Position numbers and translations under genes: made by a program
Notes under the pieces: generated by a model
The model's input: the letters and a program-made list of their open reading frames with translations, nothing else
Told to the model about the DNA's origin: nothing
Database searches by the model: none
Assembly (NCBI GenBank): GCA_048270185.1
Contig: JBLWTJ010000002.1
Span: 1-64,000 of the forward strand
Source: Bacteriovoracaceae bacterium
GTDB taxonomy: Bacteria > Bdellovibrionota > Bacteriovoracia > Bacteriovoracales > Bacteriovoracaceae
Direction of reading: 5' to 3'
Length of the DNA stretch: 64,000 nt
In this document: positions 47,448 to 58,035 of the stretch, in pieces
How positions within the stretch are numbered: position 1 is the first letter of the stretch
How the letters are laid out: each line of letters starts with the position of its first letter

Positions 47448-50400
47448 TTACCACTTACTACTTAAGTAAGTATGTACTGATTGAATCATACTAACATCTG
47501 GTGTTTCACTCGTAATGATTACTTCATTGATTTCTCCAATGAAGTAATCTCCACTACCGCCACCAGTTGTACCTGTTAAGTAATTTGTTTTACCTGAGCG
47601 GCCCCCAAGTCCAATTGCCCCAGTCTTACCATTTGAAGGAAAGACTCTTGTTGTCGTTGAGGCAGAACCAATACTATTAGAGTTAACAACACACTCTAAA
47701 GAACCATTTGCACCGTCAGGCCCGGTATAATTTGTATAATCATACAGCCAAGAGACATGGTAGACAGAATCTGCACTTACATTAGTATTAATCTGAATAA
47801 ATGGCTGTGCCCCATCTCCATCATCGACAGTATTCCAGAAAGCACAATAGAGCTTTCCTTGATCAATATAGATATTCATCCCACGAGTTGATCCACCTTC
47901 TTCATATAGGACTTGAGTTGTATTAACATTGGCCCCTGTCTTAAATGAGATGGTAATATTTTTAGAAGTCGAAACGACATCATTGATACCCGCTTGAGTT
48001 GAAAGTCGATAATTTGTATCCCCAGCAAATTCGAGAGCATTCGTTGCTAAATTGTAATTTGCCCCTAGTCCCGATTGGATACTCCAATCATAGACCGTTG
48101 AGCTGGCAGATATATCCAGAAGTGTTGAGGCCACACCGCTAAACAGTGGATCATTTGCATCGTAGCCCGAAGGATCTAAGATACTAGCTAAGTCCTGGCC
48201 ATCGTAGTGTAGAATAGTTGCTGGTAATCCTACATTGGCAATATCGTAAACCTGCCAAACATCGGATGTGGCAATTAGTGAATCGTTATTACTCGTATCC
48301 ACTCCCTTAACTGAAATATAATAGTCAATGCCTTCACTTAGAAATAAAGAAATACCTGCAACTCCATCAATGGCCTGATAACTTGTAACAGTACCAATAT
48401 TGGTCCACCCTAAAATATCACTACCTCCAGCAGTAGTACCAATAGCAAATTCATAGTGATCAAGAGTAAAGTATGATGACTGAATGGGAGACCAACTTAA
48501 GCTCGCACTTGTAGTTGAAGTTGAATTATTTGTTAGTGCTAGGTTATTTGGAGAACTAAGTTCACTACCAGACCACTTTCCTCTTAGATAATCATGGATT
48601 GCATTTACTCCAGTTGCATCAGGAGTTGAAGCGGCAATAATAAGCTCTAAGATCCTCCCCTTAAAGAAGTTCGCTCTATTACTTGTATTTGCACCATCGT
48701 GATAATAAGAACTACTCGATTGAACCCCCAGTGCGATATCCCCAGAGTGTGAGAACAAGCGTGATGTTGTCGAGACGGCCCCAATTGATGAATTATTAAT
48801 ATAACATTCTACAGATCCATCTGCCCCAGCAGCACCTGTATAATTTGAATAATCTAGCGACCAAGTAACATGATAAGTTGAGCTAACAGCGATTGGAGAG
48901 CTAACTGAGACAAATGGTTGGGCGCCATCGCCATCATTATTAATATTCCAAAATCCACAATAGAGTTTGCCACTATCGATATAAATATTCATTCCGCGCG
49001 TGTTATCACCTTCTTCATAAATGACTTGTCTTGAAGAGATGTCATTTTCGGTCTTAATAGAGACCGTTAAGTTTTTCTCACTAGCAGTACTTAGATTTAA
49101 ATCAGTATGCTGTGGAATTGTTAAATATGAAGTCGAACCATTAAATTTGATATTCCCACTGATAAAATCTGGCGCAGAAGAGGCCGTAGCAACAGCATTA
49201 TGAATATTAATACTAGCTGATTTATCTTCCCAAGAAGAAACTAAACCATTAAAAGAAGGGTCATCTGCTGAGATTGCAAGATTATCTTTTACCGTTAATA
49301 AATCGGCACTATCAAGCCAAACTAACATATTAGGAAGAGAGTCTTCCACCGGAGTAATCTGCCATGCAGCTGAAGTCATAACAGTTGAGACGTTACCAGC
49401 ATAATCAACAGCTCTTACAGATGTATAATAATCGACACCAGTGTTTAAATTAACATTCATATTATTTAGACCATTTTGGGCCTGATAAGTTGTCACATTA
49501 CCAATATACTTAAATCCTGTTGTCACATCACTAGCTCCAGGACTTGTCCCAATGGCCAGCTCATAATATCTCAGGGCACAATTATCAGTTGCAGAAGACC
49601 AAGATGAAGTCGTGGCAACCGACTGAGACGCCTCTCCAGAAACAGAGATACTAGAAGAGAATACTGGGTTTGTATTATCGTAGCGGAAACCAAGCGTATC
49701 AGTGACAACGCTACCATAAGTACCACTTAGAGACTTAACTCTAGCACTTGGAAAAATTATCGAACATTCCACAATACCAGTGAGATTTGTGAAGCTATGA
49801 CTCTGGCCTGTTCCAACATTTGTAAAACTTGCGATACTATCACTACCGGCCGCTGCACCAAGCCCCACTTCAATTGAATCAAAGCTCTCAGCTGGATTTG
49901 TCCAACTAATTACTGGACTGTTAATCGGTGTTCCGTTTATCCACACAGAAGCACTAGCTAAGTTACTTACCCCACCTGTAATTGTACTTGTAAAGTTTAC
50001 TCCATTAGAAGTCAGGCCATTAAAGTGCGCAGAGACACTCGTTGAACCAGCACTAATGGCCGTAACGCCACCTGCAGAGTCTACTGAGACAACGCCAGTT
50101 GGTGTGGCCGTATAACTTGCAAAGCTTGTGATATCAATTGTCGATGAATCACTTAAACTTAAAATTGCTGACAACTGAGTTGTTCCTGAAACATCGAGAC
50201 TTGTCTGAGTTGATGACAAACTAATTGAAGTAAATGTTGGACATGTTAAATTAACATTTGTGATATCAGCACCAGAGATAACTCCCGATGTATTAGCAAG
50301 ACTACAGTTAATTGTAGGACTGGCCGTTGGAGTAGCAATAGTAATATTATATGTGTCAGTATCAAAAAGTTCTGTAGCAAATTGATAACTTGTAGCTCCC

Positions 50401-53400
50401 GCAGGAATTACAATATTTTCAACTCCATTTAAATTTAGAGTAATTCCACTATGAGTAAGATTTGCAATTGATCCACTAATCTTTCTTGAGTTAGGAATTG
50501 ATCCCCCCATCCAAGATAGAATAGGAGCTGTAAAAGTACCATGGCCCGCTAGATTATAGCCAGTATTTGGAACTCGCCACCCAGGGTTTGAAACAAAATC
50601 AAAACTTGTATAACTTCCAGCAGAGCTTGCTGAAGCCTGCGCAATAGGGCTTCCAAGAGTATTGAAAGAAGCGTCCAGGTTTTCTTCGATATAAAATGAT
50701 TGTGTCGTTGAAAGAGAGCCAGCATTTAACTCTTCTCCAAGAATGGCCCCCATTGTCGTCGGATCAAAGCTTGAGCCAGTATTTTGAGTAACGATACCGT
50801 GAGCGTAGACATCAGAGATTGAATCAAGAACGGTTGAGTTCACATACCCAACAATTCCTCCAGCACCTCCATCGGCTTCAACATTACCAGTACTAAATGA
50901 ATCAGTGATACTTCCTTCTAATTGATAACCAATAAGAGCAGAAATATTGCGCCCACTGGCCGTAATATCACCAGTAGCAAAGCATCCTCTTGTGTCTCCA
51001 CGGTGAAGACCAACAAGTGCACCAGAAGAGTTTCTTACTCCTGAAACATTCCCGGTTGCATAAGAGTTTTCAAGGTAGCCTCCTCTAAAATATCCAATTA
51101 GGCCACCAACATAGTCAGCCGTACCATTACTAATAGTAACGTCACCTGTTGAATATAGTCTTGTATATTGAGAAGTCCAAGAGTTGGCATAACCTAAGAG
51201 TCCACCGACATAAGACTTCGGAGTTGGGTTTGTGATATTAACTGCCGAAGTTGAATAAGAATCGCGAAACTCTTGACCGAAAAAGTAACCAGCGACACCA
51301 CCGACAAAAGAAGTTCTGGCATCAATTGTCCCCGTTGAGAAAACATTGTACATCACAGAGTTTTCACCATGGAAGCGTCCTGCAATACCACCAACAAAGT
51401 TTGATGCTGCATTGATATTCATCGTTGAGCTTGAGTCATGGATCGTCGAGTCTTCATTTAGGAGACCGACAATCCCTCCAATATATGAAGTTACAGAATT
51501 ATAGCGATCATCTAAGACTGTAATTGCACCAGAACTTGTTGTGTTCGTTATCGTTGCTGTATTCCCTGATCCTAAAATTCCCCCGACATGTGAAGAGCCA
51601 GCACTAATATTTCCAGAAAAAGTACAATTATCAAAGCTGACATTTCCAACAGCACGGCCGACAAGCCCTGCTACATGGCCATCACTTGCATCTTTTGGAG
51701 AAGTAATATCGGCCGACACTGTAACATACGAAATACTACCGCCAGCAATTTCTCCAACTAGTCCACCGACATAATTATTAATCGCAGCTACATTTGAATT
51801 AGAAGTAACGTTAGTAATAATTGTATTTGGTTCTTGAATTTGAGCGGCCAAGCCTCCAACATAACCAAGGCCATTAACTGTATTATTTAATTCAAGGCCA
51901 TCAAGATTAAGTCCTCCGTCGCTTGAAGTAACAATACCAATAACACCACCAGTATAATTATTCCCTTGGACATTAACTGTACTTGTAATATTGCTCATGC
52001 TTAAATTTGCACTTGAAGTAGCGACACCAATCATCCCACCAGTATTTAAGATACCAGTGACATTACCTTCAACAGTGATATTATCAAAAGTATTTGTACC
52101 ACTAGCGCTACCGACAATTGATCCAACTTTCATATATCCATTAATAGTAAAGTTTAAGAGATCAATATTTTGAACTGTGGCCCCACTCATTGTCTGAAAA
52201 ATTCCGACATTACTAGCTGATGGCCTATTAATAACAAAGTTTTTAACAGTAAAGCCTTTACCGTCTAATACTCCAGTAAAATTACCATTTAATGGATAAA
52301 TCGTACTACCGGCAAAATCAATATCATTTGCTAGTTCAAATTTTGCACTAGGGTTGACTTCAATATTCTTGAAGTGATTAGCATTACAGATAATATATGG
52401 AATGGTGTCACCATTTCCGCCAGTACTATAATTGGCATAGAGAGACCCGCTAGCACCACTATCACTGCATGAGTCACTGCTATTAGATTTATTAAGTGTT
52501 CGAGTAATGATTGGTGAAACGATTGTTCCTGTATCATCTCTTAATTGAGCATTGACTGTAATCGTACCCGTCGCTAACTCAGTGGCATCAATGAGTGCCA
52601 CCCAGCGATTATTGCTCTGACAAATTGTCGAAAGAGTGACCGAACCAGTGATACTGATTTCTTCTCCAACAACCCCACACTCTCCGTGAATTAACTTAGT
52701 CGTTGCAATTGGTGCACCGTTTGCTTCAGGATATGTGTATGAAATTGAATAAGTTCCTACTGTCACATTTGAAACAGGGTCAGTTGAAATGATAATTCCT
52801 AACTGTTCTGTATTAGCTGCAATGGCACTTAATGTCTTCTCTGAACCTATCCCGAATAGATTAGGTGCTCCTTCGCTAATTGGATCATCACTAAAAGTTT
52901 GAACTACGTTAAAGCCATAATTTTCCTGATTCATGAAATCAAAAATAGCGAAGCTATAATCTTGCGTCTCACCAGGAAGTTTGAAACCAGCACTAGGGAT
53001 AACCCAGTCATTTGTCTCAGAAAAACTAAAGCCTGCATAATTTAAGTCAACTCCCATTTCCTCAGTCGTTAACTGACTTCCATGAGTATTGATTCTCTCC
53101 ATTGGAAGAGCTGTGGCCATATCCGTAAATGAAGTCGAATCAATAAAATAGACGTTATTAATTAAACTAGGATTTGAGCTCGTTCCAAAGATTGGCCCAA
53201 AGATACTCTCATCTAGAGTTGAATCCGTTGACTTGTTAATACTACCTACCATATAAGCATTAGTAATCGATGTTCCATTATCGAGATACCAACCAGCGAT
53301 ACCACCAATATCCCCATCACCCTCTAAGTTGGCCTTAACAAAAACATCATTAATATTATTTTGAAAAGAAAGACCAGCGATACCACCAATATAGCGAAGT

Positions 53401-55295
53401 GATCCGCTAATATTTCCGCCTGCGTAAGCATATTGAATTGGAGTTTTTAAATACCCAGCAATACCGCCAATTAATGATCTTGCTCCAGTAATATTTCCGA
53501 TATTATAAACATTGCTGATACTTTGGGCCTCTACATAACCAAAGAGTCCCCCAACATTATCAGCAATCCCATTATTAAAATTAATATTCCCTGAGTTATA
53601 TAACTTATCATAAATTACATCAGCTTTTTTTGTATAACCTGCGATACCACCAATATAGGCCTTCGGAGTTGGATTTGTGATATTGATATTTGAATGTGAG
53701 AATGAATTTGTAATGGACTTCCCACCCATGAAGCCAACAAGCCCACCTACATTTGAAGTCATGGCCTCGATTGCACCAACAGAGTATGAGTTATCAATCG
53801 TTGTATTGGCCCCACCGAGGAAACCAACGAGACCTCCAACATAGTAGGCCGTCGCATTGATATCGATATGTGAATGTGATCCTGAAATTGTTGAGTCGAG
53901 ATTAATATTCCCAACAAGTCCCCCAACAAATTTTACAACACTATTATAATAGTCTTCATTAACAACGATACTTCCTCTGACATATGAGTTAGTAATCGAA
54001 CCAGATTGTAATCGTCCGATGAGTCCACCAGTGTAACTACCACCTGAAGTAATATTTGAAACAACGTTTGAATTACTAATTACGTGGCTTCCCTTAGCAA
54101 AACCAATAAGTCCACCGACATTGACATCAACTGCATCTTTTGACGTTCCAACAGATCCAATATGAGAAACATTATCAAAGCTTCCCCCAGTACCCTCTCC
54201 AATAAGGCCACCGACATTAACACCAGTACTTGTGATATTTCCTTTATGGTGAACATTAGAAAAAGTTTGGTTAGGCTCTAGAATTAACCCTGCAAAACCA
54301 CCAACATAGTCATAACCGACAACATTTGAATAGATGTCAGTATTACTAACATTTAGAAGTCCATTGTTCGTATTGATATAACCAATAACTCCACCCGTGA
54401 AACTATTTGAGTTAACATCAACTTGAATTTGAGAATCAGAAATACTAAGCGCGCTTGAGCTATTCCCAAGGCCTATGAGACCACCGGCCATCGTAATAGC
54501 ATTTACTTTCCCTGAAACTCTAATGCTATTAATAGTTCCAGCTCCACGCCAATCTCCAGCAAGCAGTCCAACGCGACTATTTCCTGTCACCTGAGCATTT
54601 TGAATATGTAGCTCGCTAATGCTTGCACCTGAGATATATTTAAATATCCCAACACTATTATCAGCAGCGCGGTTGATAATATAATTCTTTAGCGCATACC
54701 CTCGCCCATTAAGCTCACCAGAGAAGACAGTTGCAATAGGAACAATATTTTGACCTGCAAAATCAATATCTCTTGCTAGTTGAAATTTTGCACTTGGATT
54801 ATGTGCAATATTTAGAAATTGTTGTGAAGTACAAATTTTAAAAGGTGTTGAAGATCCATCGGCACTATCAGAGTTCGCATATAATTTTGTTAGGCTTGTA
54901 GAATTCTCACAGATATTATCCTGCTTAGAAAAAGTTCTAGAAACTAATGAAGAACCTCCACTCATATTCTTATCTTTTAATTGAACATTAACTGTCACAG
55001 TTCCTACGGCTGATTCTAATGCAGAAACTGGTGCGGCCCAGTGGTAATCGCTTTGGCAAATTGAGTAGAGACTTACGGCACCAGTTACTTCAATTGGAAA
55101 ACCAGGCTTTCCACAATGACCAGAAATAACACTGTATCCTGAAATCGAACTTCCATCTGAACTTGGCCTTAGGATCGTAATCTCAAAGGCACCAGGAGTG
55201 ACGGTAATATCCACTTCAGTTTCAAGCGAGTCGTCGCACGACACCACTGTCACTGCTAAAACTAAAAGAATAAAATTTAGAAAAATCTTGTTCAT
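47448..55295 (-). CDS. Giant surface lipoprotein: 2x (Ig-like plus GLUG beta-helix), Big-2, FN3-like, 2x LamG
   Basis: Lipobox VVSC; many VGGLVG repeats; duplicated NPSAKF.LA.DIDFAG; WLD...Q.(I/L)YEEG...YL..KW LamG units. Confidence 0.85.
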   Translation of the reverse strand: MNKIFLNFILLVLAVTVVSCDDSLETEVDITVTPGAFEITILRPSSDGSSISGYSVISGHCGKPGFPIEVTGAVSLYSICQSDYHWAAPVSALESAVGTVTVNVQLKDKNMSGGSSLVSRTFSKQDNICENSTSLTKLYANSDSADGSSTPFKICTSQQFLNIAHNPSAKFQLARDIDFAGQNIVPIATVFSGELNGRGYALKNYIINRAADNSVGIFKYISGASISELHIQNAQVTGNSRVGLLAGDWRGAGTINSIRVSGKVNAITMAGGLIGLGNSSSALSISDSQIQVDVNSNSFTGGVIGYINTNNGLLNVSNTDIYSNVVGYDYVGGFAGLILEPNQTFSNVHHKGNITSTGVNVGGLIGEGTGGSFDNVSHIGSVGTSKDAVDVNVGGLIGFAKGSHVISNSNVVSNITSGGSYTGGLIGRLQSGSITNSYVRGSIVVNEDYYNSVVKFVGGLVGNINLDSTISGSHSHIDINATAYYVGGLVGFLGGANTTIDNSYSVGAIEAMTSNVGGLVGFMGGKSITNSFSHSNINITNPTPKAYIGGIAGYTKKADVIYDKLYNSGNINFNNGIADNVGGLFGYVEAQSISNVYNIGNITGARSLIGGIAGYLKTPIQYAYAGGNISGSLRYIGGIAGLSFQNNINDVFVKANLEGDGDIGGIAGWYLDNGTSITNAYMVGSINKSTDSTLDESIFGPIFGTSSNPSLINNVYFIDSTSFTDMATALPMERINTHGSQLTTEEMGVDLNYAGFSFSETNDWVIPSAGFKLPGETQDYSFAIFDFMNQENYGFNVVQTFSDDPISEGAPNLFGIGSEKTLSAIAANTEQLGIIISTDPVSNVTVGTYSISYTYPEANGAPIATTKLIHGECGVVGEEISITGSVTLSTICQSNNRWVALIDATELATGTITVNAQLRDDTGTIVSPIITRTLNKSNSSDSCSDSGASGSLYANYSTGGNGDTIPYIICNANHFKNIEVNPSAKFELANDIDFAGSTIYPLNGNFTGVLDGKGFTVKNFVINRPSASNVGIFQTMSGATVQNIDLLNFTINGYMKVGSIVGSASGTNTFDNITVEGNVTGILNTGGMIGVATSSANLSMSNITSTVNVQGNNYTGGVIGIVTSSDGGLNLDGLELNNTVNGLGYVGGLAAQIQEPNTIITNVTSNSNVAAINNYVGGLVGEIAGGSISYVTVSADITSPKDASDGHVAGLVGRAVGNVSFDNCTFSGNISAGSSHVGGILGSGNTATITNTTSSGAITVLDDRYNSVTSYIGGIVGLLNEDSTIHDSSSTMNINAASNFVGGIAGRFHGENSVMYNVFSTGTIDARTSFVGGVAGYFFGQEFRDSYSTSAVNITNPTPKSYVGGLLGYANSWTSQYTRLYSTGDVTISNGTADYVGGLIGYFRGGYLENSYATGNVSGVRNSSGALVGLHRGDTRGCFATGDITASGRNISALIGYQLEGSITDSFSTGNVEADGGAGGIVGYVNSTVLDSISDVYAHGIVTQNTGSSFDPTTMGAILGEELNAGSLSTTQSFYIEENLDASFNTLGSPIAQASASSAGSYTSFDFVSNPGWRVPNTGYNLAGHGTFTAPILSWMGGSIPNSRKISGSIANLTHSGITLNLNGVENIVIPAGATSYQFATELFDTDTYNITIATPTASPTINCSLANTSGVISGADITNVNLTCPTFTSISLSSTQTSLDVSGTTQLSAILSLSDSSTIDITSFASYTATPTGVVSVDSAGGVTAISAGSTSVSAHFNGLTSNGVNFTSTITGGVSNLASASVWINGTPINSPVISWTNPAESFDSIEVGLGAAAGSDSIASFTNVGTGQSHSFTNLTGIVECSIIFPSARVKSLSGTYGSVVTDTLGFRYDNTNPVFSSSISVSGEASQSVATTSSWSSATDNCALRYYELAIGTSPGASDVTTGFKYIGNVTTYQAQNGLNNMNVNLNTGVDYYTSVRAVDYAGNVSTVMTSAAWQITPVEDSLPNMLVWLDSADLLTVKDNLAISADDPSFNGLVSSWEDKSASINIHNAVATASSAPDFISGNIKFNGSTSYLTIPQHTDLNLSTASEKNLTVSIKTENDISSRQVIYEEGDNTRGMNIYIDSGKLYCGFWNINNDGDGAQPFVSVSSPIAVSSTYHVTWSLDYSNYTGAAGADGSVECYINNSSIGAVSTTSRLFSHSGDIALGVQSSSSYYHDGANTSNRANFFKGRILELIIAASTPDATGVNAIHDYLRGKWSGSELSSPNNLALTNNSTSTTSASLSWSPIQSSYFTLDHYEFAIGTTAGGSDILGWTNIGTVTSYQAIDGVAGISLFLSEGIDYYISVKGVDTSNNDSLIATSDVWQVYDIANVGLPATILHYDGQDLASILDPSGYDANDPLFSGVASTLLDISASSTVYDWSIQSGLGANYNLATNALEFAGDTNYRLSTQAGINDVVSTSKNITISFKTGANVNTTQVLYEEGGSTRGMNIYIDQGKLYCAFWNTVDDGDGAQPFIQINTNVSADSVYHVSWLYDYTNYTGPDGANGSLECVVNSNSIGSASTTTRVFPSNGKTGAIGLGGRSGKTNYLTGTTGGGSGDYFIGEINEVIITSETPDVSMIQSVHTYLSSKW

Positions 55296-55548
55296 CGCTT
55301 ACCGTTGTTTCCGTCTATTATTAAAGAATTATTGTTACGGATTAGATTCATACATTAGTCATTTTAGGTGATTACGCATTAACTCTAAAATATTCCTTAA
55401 TCTCTTCGTAATTCTATTTGTTTATGTTGAGTTTTTTCTGAACATCACCAATAAAAAAAATTGAAACCGGCAAAATTTGTTGGCGACAGATATCATGTTT
55501 TTGTAAAAACAGATACTTACAAAGATATTTTAAATAAATTATAATTAA

Positions 55549-56742
55549 TTAACGACGGCGTCTGCGCTTGTGATTTCTAGACTTGGACTTCGCCTTAGGT
55601 GGCGGGTATTCGTGATGAAATGGGTGGTCTTTAACGACCTCTATCTTCTTCCCAATGAGCTTTTGAATATTCCTTAGAAGTGGTAGATCCTTTTCACTAC
55701 ATAGTGAAAGTGCAATCCCTTCTCTTCCCGCTCTGGCCGTGCGACCGATACGGTGGACATAGTAAGTTGCATCTTCTGGCATATTGTAATTGATGACCAT
55801 ATCCACATCATCAATATCAATTCCACGTGAAGCAATATCTGTTGCGACAAGAACTCGCATGTCACCATTGGTGAAATCTTCAATGGCCTTATTGCGCTGG
55901 CCTTGTGTGAGGTTACTATGAATTTCACCAACGCTGATTTCACTGCGCTTAAGCAGCTCAACAATTTCGGCAACAGCGTACTTGGCCTTACAGAAGATAA
56001 TGATTCGTTTAGAGTTTTGGAATTCTGACAAAAGATTTAAAAGAAGGTAGTTCTTTGTTTCGGCCAGAGTAAAGTAGACCGCTTGTTTAACTTGATCCAC
56101 CGTTGAGGACTGAGCTGCCACTTCAACCTTGAGCGGATTTTTTAAAATCTCATGAGCGAGTTTTTCAATGGCCTCTGGCATGGTCGCAGAAAAGAGAATC
56201 GTTTGATGCTTGCGAGAGATATTGTTGGCTATCTCACATACACCATTATAGAAGCCCATATCAAGCATCATATCGGCTTCATCTAGGACAAAGACTTCAA
56301 CTTGACCAAGTTCTATAAAGTCCTCACTCATGAGATCTAAAAAGCGACCAGGTGTTGCCACGACAATATCCACACCTTTATTCATGGAAAGAATCTGAGG
56401 GTCTTTACTCACCCCTCCCATAATAACAATAGAAGTAATTTCGCTACCTTTTGCATATGAGATAATGCTCTCATTAATTTGTGACGCGAGCTCTCTTGTG
56501 GGAGCAAGGATCACAGCGCGACAATGATTAGGTAATACCTCAACCTTGTCCTTATTTCTTAAAAAGCGATCAATTATTGGTAGAGAGAAAGACGCTGTCT
56601 TTCCGGTTCCCGTTTGTGCAATCCCCAGAAGATCACGGCCTTCAATTAATGGCGGAATAGATTTTTCCTGAATTGGAGTTGGTGTCTTATAGTTAAGAGA
56701 TTCTAGATTTTTTAGAATAAGATGGTGGAGATTACTTATCAT
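55549..56742 (-). CDS. rhlE: DEAD-box RNA helicase (RhlE-like)
   Basis: AQTGTGKT, PTRELA, TPGR, DEAD, SAT, HRIGRTARAG, basic tail. Confidence 0.92.
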   Translation of the reverse strand: MISNLHHLILKNLESLNYKTPTPIQEKSIPPLIEGRDLLGIAQTGTGKTASFSLPIIDRFLRNKDKVEVLPNHCRAVILAPTRELASQINESIISYAKGSEITSIVIMGGVSKDPQILSMNKGVDIVVATPGRFLDLMSEDFIELGQVEVFVLDEADMMLDMGFYNGVCEIANNISRKHQTILFSATMPEAIEKLAHEILKNPLKVEVAAQSSTVDQVKQAVYFTLAETKNYLLLNLLSEFQNSKRIIIFCKAKYAVAEIVELLKRSEISVGEIHSNLTQGQRNKAIEDFTNGDMRVLVATDIASRGIDIDDVDMVINYNMPEDATYYVHRIGRTARAGREGIALSLCSEKDLPLLRNIQKLIGKKIEVVKDHPFHHEYPPPKAKSKSRNHKRRRRR

Positions 56743-56777
56743 TTTAAAATTTTAACAGAAATACTAGGCGGGGAAAG

Positions 56778-56810
56778 AAAAAAAATAGTGAGACACTTGT
56801 GATGCCTCAC
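56778..56810 (-). terminator. Intrinsic terminator after csp
   Basis: GTGAGGCAT-cacaa-GTGTCTCAC then TATTTTTTTT. Confidence 0.8.
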
Positions 56811-56820
56811 ATATTACGAA

Positions 56821-57015
56821 TTAAAGTGGTCTAACTTGAATAGCGCAAGGACCTTTGTTTCCTTCACCAATCTCGTATGAAACTTTTTCATCATTTGAAA
56901 GTGTTCCGTTTTCAACAGCTGAGATATGTACGAATAGATCGCTATTTCCATCATCAGGTGTAATAAATCCAAAACCTTTTTCATCATTAAAAAACTTAAC
57001 TGTACCAGTTGCCAT
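56821..57015 (-). CDS. cspA: Cold-shock domain protein
   Basis: [30 protein letters not shown]. Confidence 0.95.
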   Translation of the reverse strand: MATGTVKFFNDEKGFGFITPDDGNSDLFVHISAVENGTLSNDEKVSYEIGEGNKGPCAIQVRPL

Positions 57016-57026
57016 AATTTCTCCTT

Positions 57027-57719
57027 CTAGACATCTTTCGATGTATATATTTTCAAATCACTGGAATGCAGGTTCATACTACATTGCCAAATGTGATTAA
57101 AGTTATGTTTCATAAGATGATCAACGCGATCACCTCGCATGATTAAATAAAACTTTTTATTTAATACTTTTCTACTAAGTTGTTCTAGTATCAAGAAGAG
57201 ATCTTCTCTTTCACTGAAGTCATAGATGAAATATACATCTGCTTCAGGAAGTTGAAAGTCACTTTCTAGAACATTCCTAAGTTCTATCTCAGAGTTATGT
57301 AAACCTAACTTAGAAAAAACTCGATTTCCTTCTACTTGTCTGGGCCTTACTATCTCATAGCCAGTAAACTTAGCTTCTGGTCGCAAGACACTTAATACAA
57401 GGCCAACGCGTCCATACCCTGCTCCAATATCGACAACGTGATCAATTTGAGCATCGTCGAGCTTTTTGAGAGCGTCATATATATCACAATAAGGAGTCTG
57501 TAGGGCCTGAGGGTGCAAGCCTATCCACGTTTGTGTTCCCTTATAGTGTTGCTTCCTATTTGAAGCATCATCATCTCGATCGTAAGCACGATATTTTTGA
57601 AGTAGCTTTACTTCAATTTTCGAGATTTTATATCCTAATAGTTTATCCACTGCTTTCGCATGTAATCGTGGATGTCTTTTCTCCATATTAGAGAAAGTAT
57701 GATTAGAGATTACTTCCAA
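57027..57719 (-). CDS. Class I SAM methyltransferase, DOT1-like (paralogue of 38676..39749)
   Basis: [32 protein letters not shown] start with GAGG SD. Confidence 0.75.
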   Translation of the reverse strand: MEVISNHTFSNMEKRHPRLHAKAVDKLLGYKISKIEVKLLQKYRAYDRDDDASNRKQHYKGTQTWIGLHPQALQTPYCDIYDALKKLDDAQIDHVVDIGAGYGRVGLVLSVLRPEAKFTGYEIVRPRQVEGNRVFSKLGLHNSEIELRNVLESDFQLPEADVYFIYDFSEREDLFLILEQLSRKVLNKKFYLIMRGDRVDHLMKHNFNHIWQCSMNLHSSDLKIYTSKDV

Positions 57720-58035
57720 AACTTTCTTCCTCTTATGGTGAAAATGAATTTTTGAACTAAATTTTACGATTGGTTTGACGACTTGACTTGGTAAAGAAAA
57801 ATGAAAAAACGAAAAGAAAAATCTTACTCTCGGTGCAACATATCACTTTAACAGAAAAATAGATACAATATTTATTCCTTTTTCTGAATAACCCCTATCT
57901 AACTGAAATTATGAGAGTCTGATTGTATAAATTATTCAATTTTCAAAAGAAAATTCGCGCTATTTATCTTTTCATAAAATTTAACTTGTTAAATTTGTTC
58001 TGAAAATCTAATTTCATCAAAAAATTGGAGCCTAT

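Noticed and set aside
55296..55548. Riboswitch or sigma54 promoter upstream of the giant adhesin
   Set aside because: No c-di-GMP-type or other recognisable aptamer, and the GG/GC spacing does not fit -24/-12
55549..57719. Single MTase-csp-DEAD transcript
   Set aside because: A strong terminator follows csp and the helicase has its own extended -10, so they are treated as neighbours, not one operon
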